Source: Octopus vulgaris (lineage: Eukaryota). From it: a stretch of 64,000 bases of DNA. How positions within the stretch are numbered: the stretch's first letter is position 1; every line of letters begins with the position of its first letter. The translations under genes were made by a program, and so were the position numbers. The DNA lies in assembly GCA_951406725.2 (NCBI GenBank), contig OX597824.1, positions 47,430,001 through 47,494,000 on the forward strand, in the 5' to 3' direction. Of this stretch, positions 39,678 to 51,600 are shown one piece after another. Below the pieces are notes generated by a model. It saw nothing but the letters and a program-made list of their open reading frames with translations. It was not told where the DNA came from and did not search any database.

Positions 39678-42600
39678 GTAAGCTATTGACTTTGTGGATA
39701 AGTTCTTTTTATTATCATGAGCAACTGCAATAACAAAACTCTCCTTATTTTAATTGCGAACAGAGTTTTTTATAAGGAATATTTTCGAATACAAATAGTT
39801 TTTATTTGATTCCTTAAAGATGAGATTTTTTATAATTACGACTTTCTTTGAAAACCTTAAAGCTGCATTTTGTAATGGTTACGTTGGTTCTACAATTTTA
39901 CTTCAAGATATTTTTTAGTTCAGTCAATGAATTAAAGAAATTTTTTTTATCGTAATCAATTATATGATAATTGGCTCTAATTGTAGAAACCTAGAACATA
40001 TTGTACTAATTCATTTTCTACAAATTTGACAAGCTGTTTTAAAACTTCTTAAGGATAAAAAGTTAATAACAAATGCAAGCAAAATAATTTATGGAGTTCA
40101 AAAACTCCTTTATTTATATACTTCGTCGTCTTTGGAGTTGAAAACATTGAAGAATGGAATACTAAAACGTTTATCACTCAAGTTATTTTCTTCACTGGAA
40201 TTGAAAGAAAAATCAAACTGATGCTTTCCATTATTTAATATATCAGCAAAAGAAAAGGTTTTCATGATTTACTTAAAAATTGCTGAAAACATTAATGAAA
40301 GAATATATGCTAGAAAGCACTCATGACCTAAGATATTTTAATTGGAGAAAGTGAACGAATACCATACTTAGATGCCTTCATTATTTCATGTAGCTATTCT
40401 ACGAAAAATATTTTAATCGTTTTTGTATTTTATTATGTACAAAAATACGTAGTCTTAAGAGAAAGAAGTCAGAAGATGAGGTAAAGGAAATTTTGTATGA
40501 GTGAAGGTCATAGGTCATCACATCATCCCAAATCTCCCTTTCCGAATGTCTTATCTTTGTGCAATATCATCAAAAAATGTTTGTGACTTTCATTGCTTAA
40601 AAAGTAACCCCTTTAATCAACAGATAGCTCCAACATGTAATTTTCTTTCGAAAATAGTCAATGAACAATAATATTATAAACAGCATTATCAAAATGTCTC
40701 CTTTTTGCAATTGGCGCGCTACCAGCCGATTGGACTTCTTGAATTGAGCTCTTTTTATTTTTACGTAATTCATTTTTTATTTGACTGAATTCATCAGTAT
40801 TTCAAATGGACTGAATTCACCAGTATTTCAAAATTTCATAAACGTTTATCTTATTTAATTTTTTAAAAATTATCTTGCAAGGAACTAAAGAAAAATCTTT
40901 TTATTTCAATTCTAATGAAATAATTTTATGTTTATATTACAATATTCATCTCATTCTTATATTTTCATTCAAATAACATTTTTTTTATTAAACTTAGTTT
41001 GTGGATAATAATTACAAATATTTGGTTCTTGAAAGAGGAAAGACAAATGTCTGCTGTGGTTACAAGTCGATTTCTTTATTGCCCGCAGAGGGCTAAACAT
41101 AGAGGCGACGGTTAACTTTCAGTTTTTGACCCGAGCAAAAATATGAAAAAATTAGTGTAATAGGTGTAAAACAACATGTAGTAAAAGAATATGGAAAAAA
41201 AATGTGCGCTGGCGAACCGGGGGTGGAGAGGACTCGGAAAATTCACATCGGGAGTGTTCCGAGTCCTCTCGCCACTTTCCCGTTTGTCGGTGCAATTTTT
41301 TTCTTCATATTCGTTTACTACACATTATTTTACACATATTTCACTATTTTTGGTTAGTGTTTACAACATGACTCGGAAACGAAAATTAGAAAAATCTAGT
41401 GCAATGGGTGTAAAAAAAAATCTGTAGGAAAGATCCGAATTTTCCCCTCATAACTTTTAGGAAAAGGGGGGAGGGTCAATGAAATTTTATAGAAATACCT
41501 TTCAAACTGCATACATTAGGATTAGGAAGAAATTTGTGGGGAAAATCTTTTCCAAGCGGATGGGGAGAGGACTTCGGAAAATTCACAAGATCCAAGTTTT
41601 TCCCTTGTAACTCTTAGGAAAATGTGTTTTTTTGTTTTTGAAATTTTGCTTAAATACCTTTAAACGGCATGCATTACGATTATAAAGTAACTTGTAGGGG
41701 AAATCTTGAGGTGGCGAGAGGACTTTCGGAAAACCCCCAAGATCCAAATTTTTCTTCGTTATATTCCGAAATCAAATTCAACTTTTTACAGATATCCTAG
41801 TGTAGAACTACTATACTACATAGTGTTTATTACTACCCACTTTCAATAATTTTTAATTTTTTGGCTTCAATTTTGTGTCATTTTATCTTCAATTGTTTTT
41901 GCGCATTTTTAACCCTTCCGTCGTACTCATTTTTTTTTTTTTCATGTTCGTTTCCTACGCATTTTTTTACACCCATTGCACTATTTTTTCCTGATTTTCG
42001 TTTCCTGGTTAAGTTGTAAACATTAACCTTTTTTTTTTTTTTCAATTTTTGTGACGGGGTGGGGGTGCAAACTCGGATAATTCACACGGTCCAGTAACCC
42101 AACTTCGACACCCAGCCACCCCCACAAAAAGTGCAATATGTGTAAAATAATTTGTATTAAACGAATATGAAAAAAAATGAACGTGAGGAGGAGGGCTGGG
42201 GAAATTCACACGATCCAATTTTTTCCTCAAGAAAATGGATATTCTTCCCAACCACACAGTTCTGGGTTCAGTACCACTGCATGGCACCTAGGGAAAGTGT
42301 CTTCAACTATAAGCCTGGGATCGATCAATGCATCCTGGAGGCCGAAGGTAGCATTTCAGAGGAAAAAATTATCTATGCTATAAATGAAGATGAAAATAAA
42401 AAATTTGCACACACAATTTCTTCTATTCTGTCTTCTGCAGAATAGTATTAACAGAAACAATTGCAGCGTATATGTTTGTAAGCCATTCAAGAAGACACAT
42501 ATAAAAAAAAAAACTGTTAGTTTCACAGCAACATTTAAATCTCAATATTTTTGTTGCTTTGAAAATGTGACTTGTTCACTGACTAAACAGATGCAGCACG

Positions 42601-45600
42601 AATTTTTGTCAGGGTTTTTTCGTGGCTTCAAAGAACGAAAATATTTAGACACAAATGAAATTTAAATGTTGCAGTGAAACTAACGGTTTTTGTTGTTTGG
42701 GAATTGCTTACAAACATCTTAAACAGTGCAAATTCTTTTAAATATTCATCCTTATCCTGCCACTAATTACAAAACTTTCCACTGTTTTTCATTTTTTTCA
42801 TTTGATTCTCTATATGGACAGATCATGTTATTAAAATAAATTATCTTTAACATTCCTTTAAATTGTTGTGAGAAAAAAAATTTACCAATAGAGAATGATG
42901 TTATAGAAATAATCTATACTCTGTGGATTGTCCATTTCTTGGGTATAAACAACAAGTTCATTTCTTGAGTATGAACAACAAGTTCATTTCTTGGGCATGA
43001 ACAGCAAGTCCGTTTCTTGGGCATGAACAGCAAGTCTGTTTCTTGGGCATGAACAGCAAGTCTGTTTCTTGGGCATGAACAGCAAGTCCGTTTCTTGGGC
43101 ATGAACAGCAAGTCCGTTTCTTGGGCATGAACAGCAAGTCCGTTTCTTGGGCATGAACAGCAAGTCCGTTTCTTGGGCATGAACAGCAAGTCCGTTTCTT
43201 GGGCATGAACAGCAAGTCCGTTTCTTGGGCATGAACAGCAAGTCCGTTTCTTGGGCATGAACAGCAAGTCCGTTTCTTGGGCATGAACAGCAAGTCCGTT
43301 TCTTGGGCATGAACAGCAAGTCCGTTTCTTGGGCATGAACAGCAAGTCCGTTTCTTGGGCATGAACAACAAGTCCGTTTCTTGGGCATGAACAACAAGTT
43401 CATGGGTATAAACAACACATCCTCATATATATTTTCCTTTTCTCAGTATTTTTCTCCCATTAAACATTGAAGTGCCATCCATTGGTGGAATATAAGTAAT
43501 AATAAAACAGAAACCATGGGAATAGAATTGAGTCTGTAATGAATTTTCCAAAGCCCCTGTGTACGTTTTATATTCTTGTGAGCCATCTACCTGCACTTTA
43601 GCTCTATAAACAATTCTTTTTTCATGACATTTACCTTCCAACGGACAAGTCTTATCTTTGTAGTTGCACTTTCTCAGATTAGATTCGGCACTGTAGTTGT
43701 TTGTAATAATTTTTGTGTATACTGGTTAATAAAAGAGGCGAAGTTTTTGCAAAAAGGGTAGATAACATTCGGTGTTCTCCTATTAAATATTCTATAGAAA
43801 TTATGGCTACATTGAAAAGTCTTTTGTTTTGTCAGAGTTTATGAAGGTCTTATCCAAGTTCTTTATGTCTCTAATTTTTTCCTTCATATCTCTCTGGAGT
43901 TGGTTGTTGAATTTGCAGAATTTAATTTTTCTAATAAGCCCAAAAAGGTCTTTTTCAAAGGCTTCCAATTCCGAAACAGATGGTGGGTTTTTGGAAGATT
44001 TAAGTCCGTATTTGTTTCCATTAGATTTCTGCTTTGTATCAAAGAAGAAGGCTTTCCATCTCATTCTTTAAATAAACTCCTCCGTTTACCTCTGGTATTC
44101 GAGTGCTATTTTTTCCACCTTGTTTTGCATTTATGTGCTTAATTTGGTGTAACCCGATCCTTTTTTAGAAAGTTTGAGCGACTCTCCACAAGTAGGAAGA
44201 AACAGCTGAAATAAATGGAACTTTACCCATTGGATTTTTCTGTAAAAAATACACCCATCACAGCACAGAAGCAATACCTCAAGAAACTTATTGAAAAAAA
44301 TGGAAGAGTTTATTTGATAAATGATATGGAAAGCGTTCTTTTTGATTCAAAGCAGAAATCTAATGGAAGCAAATATGGACTTAAATCTTCCAAAAATCCA
44401 CCACCTATTTCAGATTTCAAAAAATCTGGTTCAAAGGGATTAGACATAAGCATAACTGCAAATTTATGCAGTTTGATATTGTCAATTTTTACCCATCAAT
44501 ATCTAGGCCTTTGCTTCTAAAAGCATTCAGAAATAGTATGCAAAGAAATCTAAAAGCATTCAGAAATAGTATGCAAAGAAATCCCTTCTTTTTTATGATG
44601 ATTCCACCTGGGTCAAAAAGAGTGAGGATTCTCATTTCAATGTACCAATGGGGGCATATGATGGGGCAGAGTTGTGTATGCTTATAGGAACTTATATTTT
44701 GCATAATCTGCATCTAGAATTCCCTTTATAAATGCAGGATTATACAGGGATGACAGTCTTATAGTCACCCATGATTTAAATAACCTTAGGAAGAATTTGA
44801 TTACTTTCTTCCAAAGAATGGGCTTATGGCTTACAATAGAAAGTAACCTTAATAACGTAGATTTTTTAGATATCAACTTAGATTTGCTATTAGATAAATT
44901 TAAATCCTACTGTAAGCCCAATGAAAAGCTATGTTATATTAGCAAAGAATCTAATCATCCATCCGTAATTCTTAAGAACCTAGTTAGCAATGTAGGAAGG
45001 TGAATATCATCTACTTCTTCAGATGAGACAGCATTTCAAAATGCCATGCCATATTACAATAATGCATTAACCCTTTTGATACTAACCCGGCTGTAGCCAG
45101 CTGAAAAATGTCAACGGATAAAATGCTGTATGGGTAAAATGTTTTGACACTCGGAAAACTTTGACTGTCACATTTGAATTTGATTTTACACGTTATAGTT
45201 ACTTTGCTTTACAATGCTAGTGCATATTTTGACTTCACATTTAAGAAAGCCTTCGACTGTTTTACAAATTTAAGCTGAAGCTTCGCCGAGGTTTATTTTT
45301 ATTATTTACTCAAGCATTTAATTATGTTATATCAAATTATTGTGCAATTTCCTTATTTTAACATTTTAAGATTATATGCACCAGACGGTCTTTCTTTAAA
45401 TTGTTTATGCATATAGATAGATATAACTATAGGGGTATCAAATTATTGGATCAGGTGATGAAAGTTACAGAGAGGGTTATAGCTCAACTAATTAGGGAGG
45501 GAATTAGCCTAGATGAGATGCAGTTTGGTTTTGTGTCAGGCAGAAGCATTATTGATGTTATATTTCTGGTAAGGCAACTGCAGGAGAAATATCTAGCCAA

Positions 45601-48600
45601 AGATAAACCTCTGTACTTTGTTGACTTGGAGAAAGTCTTTGACAGGGTCCCTCAATCCCTTATCTAGTGGTCAGTGTGAAAACTGGGGATAGACAAGTGA
45701 TTGGTAAGAGCTGTACAAGCCCTGTACATGGATGCCATCAGTAAGGTGAGGGTTGGCAATGAGTATAGTGAAGAATTCTGAGTAGAAGTAGGAGTTCACC
45801 AAGGATCAGTCCTCAGCCCTCTCTTATTCATTATAGTCCTCCAGGCAATAACAGGAATTCAAGACAGGCTGCCCCTAGGAGCTCCTCTATGCTGATGACC
45901 TTGCCCTAATAGCCAAGTCACTGCCAGAACTAGAGACGAAGTTTAGGGTGTGGAAGTGAGGTTTGGAATCGAAGGGCCTTAGGGTGAACCTAGCAAAAAC
46001 CAAAGTCTTAGTAAGTAGGAAAGCTGTCAAACCACAATCCCCTTCAGGTAGATGGCCCTACTCGATCTATAGGAAAGTGGAATACACACAAACTAGTACA
46101 TAAATACAAATATTTATGTATTTATATACTATTTTGTGTGTATTCCACTGATGAGGCAAAGCCTTTCTTATGCAAAGCCAGAAATCTGGGATCTGGATTT
46201 ATCCAATAATTTTTTGCTAGTTTATCTCTTTGTCTTCTCTCCTGGTGCTGTATGAACATTTAATGTGGTTTTAGAGTCAAGTTTTGGCTGCTATATCTAG
46301 CATGGTGGTATCTTTTAGATACCCCCGTTTGTGTTCAGATTGTCCTTGCTCAGGGGCCATCCGTACTCCTATTTGTGCTGTAAACAGGGATAATCTCTCT
46401 TCACTCCTTTGCGCCACATGGGCTCAACTTTCCTCCCTCCCCTTCACACCTGCTTCCTCCCACCCACCCACCTCTCTTCTCTTCACTCCTACTCACCTTC
46501 CCCTTCATTGTAACCCCTCCCCCATAACCCCACCCCTATACATTCCAACTCCATCTTCCCTGTCCTTCCCATCCCTTACTCCCCCTCCCACATACCTCAC
46601 CTCTGCCTACCCACATACCCCATCTCTACCCCCACCCTCAGCCTAACCCACACCCCACCCTTGCTTTCCCCTTTCTTGTTTCTCCCACCTCCCAACACCA
46701 TCACACCACTACACCATACACCACCATATACAACACATCACACCACGATGCACACACTAGCACTGACCACTTCCCAACCTCACATTTACACATACACACA
46801 CGCACATGTCAAGGTCACTAGCCCTCTTCCACATGCACATACTACTCTCTTATACACATGGATGCACACCTTCGTTTTGGGATCACTACTACTTTATTAT
46901 CTCCCCTTCTTCCTAGCTCTCCTGTGTGACCCTTCTGTTCAGCATTCGCCATGATAGATCGCTAGCCACTACACCTTCTTTATTTTCTCTCCTTGTTTCT
47001 TTCTGTGTTCCTTTCTGTGGAAGAGCGTAGGCTCGAAACGTTAAAGACATTTTCGCTTTCTAAGTGAAAGTTGGTTCCATAATTTGGTTTTAACTCTTGG
47101 AGCAGATATTTCACTACAATTATCCTTTATCTATCTTTGATAAAGGCATAAGCTTTACAGCTTCTTAGTATATTTTGTGTGGTAAATGCTAAGCTCTTTT
47201 TACTCTTTGTAGAAAGTATGACTGAGTAATGTTTTATGCTATTCAAATATCAGTCTCTCTCTATCATCCACTCTTGGATGGGATTAAAGGTAAGGTGTCT
47301 TGCCTGTCCATGACTTTCATCTGGCACTTTGAGAGAGTCTTCTTCGCCATGCCAAATTGTAATACATGAAATACCACACCAAATTGCAAATACATGAAGC
47401 ATATACATGAAATATATGTGGTTGATAATGCTTATTACACTAGTGCTGCAGTGTTTGGGCTTACCCACACAGCACGCTACTGGCAATATGATTCGTCTCT
47501 GATCCTGTTTGAGTATGTGATGTTGATAAGCCACAAAAATGGTGAAATATCAATGTCCATCACTCCTGGATGGGATTAGAGGTAAGTTATCTCATGTAAA
47601 TTTTCAGGTGTTTTAACATACACCACTTTGAGAGAGCATTCTCCACCATACCAAATCACAAACTACTGGCAAATACATGAAGCTTATATATTGAGTATAT
47701 GTCATTGATAATGTTTATTATACAAGCCCTACTTCTATTTCATATCTGAAGTTAGAATCTTCTAAAGACAGTCATTATTTTCAGCATTCCAGAAGTCAGT
47801 GATTTGCTGCCAGGAATTTTGTATACATTCTCCAGACATTCATTCTGCGGCAAAATTATCTGTTAATGCAAATATACAGTAGAAGTTGCTTATTACAATT
47901 ATGGTTAATATTGTGAGAAAGTTATTAGCAAAATTAGTGAGTTGAGTCCTAAAAGCAGTGTCAACTGGATATTGTTATCTAAAAGGCTGTCCAGAGTGAT
48001 CACAATAAGTTACTTTCATTGTATTTTAGTATACTTAATTTTGAAAAAAAACTTTGTACTGACTTTGACAATTTTGGAGTATAATATGCTGCTTTCAACT
48101 TTGCAAACTTTAGTTTTCAGTTCAGTTTCCCAAATTTTTACTTCTTTCAGTTTTACTCATGAATGATATCTATAGTTAATAGGTTAGCAATAAGAATTTC
48201 AAAATAAAGACTGTTATAGCAATAGTAATTTTAAGTTTAATTTCACTATCCAATTCATGGTATCCATTGCTTTCTTAACCCTTTCTTCTTTGATGTTAGA
48301 ATAACATGTTCCAAGTGAACTCTAAGTGCCAGTTTGAGAAGACCTTTAGTCTTCTTGAAGACATGACAATCTCTCCAGCCCTGGTGTCACACATAAAAAA
48401 AAGCACACTGTATACTGTAAAGTAGTTGGTGTTAGGAAGGGCATCCAGCCATAGAAGTTACGTCAAAACTGAGACTCACACGAGCGATGTCCTCTCATAC
48501 ACGTAAGAGCAGTAACAATCTGTCCAGTTCATGCCTGTATAAAAAATGAATGTATAATGATAATGGAAACGTTCATGTAATGAACTTTTGACCAATGCTC

Positions 48601-51600
48601 AACCACAACTAGGCTTATCATGTGTATTTACACCAAATCAAAGTCCTTTTAGTTTATGGGTCAACAAATTCCTGAAATTAATAAAGAATTGTTGATAGAA
48701 ACTAATGGTCCTCGACAAACGAAAATCAAGATGTAGGGGGAAATATCAGCAAAAGTAAATGCCAAGGAATTACTAATGGAAAGTTGCCAGTGAAAATGGC
48801 AGTTTGTAGTCCAAGAATACCCTGGCTTTATATATTATGTCATCAAAGTAACACTGGTAAACAAATTAGCACACATCCTTGTGGGAGGTAAAAGCATTTT
48901 CTGTAAAGTCAACAACTTTATCTTTACATCATCACAACTAATGGAGTTAAACAAATTCTGTTGAGAATTCAAGAAATTTGAAACTGCAGTAACAGTACCT
49001 GCACTGTACTGCAGAAAACTTGGAATATATATCTCTGAGTTTCAATCTACAACAAGACTAACAAATATTTTTAATTATCACTATGGTCATGTTACGCCTA
49101 CTTTCCATGCTAGTATTGGTTGGACAAGTCATTATTGTTCGAGTCAGTTCTTATTTGGAGTCACTATCCCCTAGATAGCTTAGAGAACCACTTTTGTTTG
49201 TACTTTTCCAGTTCAACCGTATTACTGAGTGTACTCTGGGAGAGTACCTTGTGATCTGTGAGACTGAGTCCTTAGTCCTGTGTCTCAAGGCAACATAACC
49301 AGTTGGGTCAATAGCAGAAAAATATACTTTAATTGTTTTATGAGCCATTTTTTACTCCCTTTAAATTTAACTTCATTATTTTCATACTAATTTGTATATT
49401 ATGTCAAGCTCTTATAATTGTAAATGTTTCTCATTTCAGATATTAGTTTTTCCTCAGTTTCATTTCAGTGCCTTGATGAATTTAAAGCTAAACCGCATCT
49501 CATTCATGAAGACCAAAAGGTTCCAGAATATATCAGTGAGATCCATGTAAATAGTTCTAGCAGCATTGAAGAACAAGACATAATTATTGACTCTAAGAAA
49601 CAGAGGTTTAATGGTATTTCTAACAATCAATTGAGGCACTTTAAAAAGAATGTCTTCAAAAAGGTAAAATAATTCCTTGATTTAGAATGTGTTCAATTAT
49701 TGTATAACTATATATATTAGGTCATCCCATAAATAATGTGTTTTTTAATTTTTTAAAATTTTTATCTAGTTTCAACTCACAAGCTGTGGCCATGCTGGGG
49801 CACCGCCATTATGCTTGTTTTATATTTCAGAATTAAGATAAAATTCTTTTTGAATCTAAAATATACTCTCCTTCATTTTCTACAATGCACTTCCATCTAA
49901 CTGGTAGACTTGTAAGGCCCCTCTTCCAAAATCACTTGTCCATGATGAAAAATACTCCTCCAGTACTGTTCTAACCTTGTCTACAGAATTCATATTTTTA
50001 CTGTCCAAATGATTTTGAAGACTGAGGAATAAATGATAATCAGATGGAGCAATGTTCTGCGAATATGGTGGGTAGTGCATCGTTTCCCATTCAAACTGTT
50101 CCAGCCTTTCGAATGTCATCCTCGTTCCATGTGGCTGAGCATTATCCTGATGGAAGAACACCTTTTGTCTTGAAACCAAAGATGGTCGTTTTTCTTCCAC
50201 CCCTGATTTGAATGACTGGTTGAATGACCAAATCCAAGCTTCTCTGCTAGTTTCTCAACAGTTACAATGGGATTTTGTTTCACCAGGGTTTGCCGGACGT
50301 CCTCATCGAGCTCTATAGACCTTCCAGGAAGACGCTCATCTTCTAGGCTATATTTCCTGCTTGGAATTTCTGGAACTACTATTGACACTGGCTTACACTT
50401 ATTGTCTAATTCCCACATACTGCATTAATATTCCTTGTACTTTCTGTTGTGTTGTTGTTGTCTTTATTGAACTCATAAAGCAAAATATGCTGAAACTGTT
50501 AAAATGAACTGCACTCTTCAAAAATTGCACTAAGAATAAGGACGGGATAAAATTAGTACCTGTTTTTAAAGCAATATGATGCAGGTAGTTTATCCCATTC
50601 CCCTCTGACTTTTAGTTCATGCAATTGAAAAAAACCGCATTATTTATGAGATGACCCTATATATATATACATACATGAGTGATAATACTTTGAAAAGAAA
50701 AGAGTTTAATATTAAATTTTGTATACATTTATATGTGTGTGAAATTGATAAAATAAATATTATTTACAATAAGTTTAGTTTCATTTTGATTAAAATATTA
50801 ATGACTTTAGAGCAAAGCATCTCATTACAGCTTACCTGCATTTAGCATCTCTTACTGGTTCATTGCAAGTCAACTCTGGGTACACCTATGATAAAAAAAA
50901 TTTCAGTTGTGACTATCCTATTTTTTTCCCATAAGTAGGAAACCCAAGGCCATGTTATTCAATATGTCCATTTTCTTTATCTTAAGATGGTAATATGTGT
51001 GTGTGAATTTAGCTGTTATTTTTAGCATGTTAAGTGACCATGTAGAGGCTCTCCTCATTGATTTGTTTAGTGTGAAAAGAATTGGTGTATTTATTTCATT
51101 GAAAAAATAATTGTAGTAAATTAGAATTAAATTATTTTGAATTAGAAATGTAAAAACTTCTAACAAACTAATTGCTATTTATATAAAGAATTTTATATAT
51201 TTTATATTCAAAATGCTTTTCAGTCTTCTAAAAAGCGAAGACCCCGTGGAAATTACCCACTCCTTGAGTCTCCTGTTGTGCTACGTGCACATTCAAATTA
51301 TGTCCAATATCAGTATTCAAAACAAAGACAACAAGCACAAAAACCTTCGCAGAAACTGATGCAAAAGCACAGAGAAAATGAAAGGTATTTTTATTTAAAA
51401 ATTTTTTTTTAATATTTAGTTTGCTTTTATTTTAACATAACAATGATATTTACTATTAGAAAAAATAATATTTAAATGAAACCACAAGAAAAAGGAAAGA
51501 AGAAATAGAAAAAAAGAATTAGCTATGAAATTCTCACATTCTTTCGATTTCTTATAATTCAGACTGCCTTGTGGATCCAACAGACAAAATGGGAAAGGTG

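Noticed and set aside
42941-43416. CRISPR array or Cys-rich repeat proteins (ORFs 42914-43418)
   Set aside because: Contiguous 26-bp units with no spacers, eukaryotic context and no cas genes. The ORFs arise because the unit has no stop codon on the minus strand.
44517-44582. 33-bp tandem duplication in the PLE (and a ~26-bp one at ~40782-40832)
   Set aside because: Ordinary local slippage in decayed or intronic DNA.
45001-45003. In-frame TGA in the Naiad-like PLE as selenocysteine
   Set aside because: The context GR*ISS suggests Arg (CGA>TGA decay), not a Cys position. The copy has many other lesions.
46284-46954. Pro/Thr/His-rich ORFs
   Set aside because: Low-complexity C-rich tract of a repeat; no splice or domain support.
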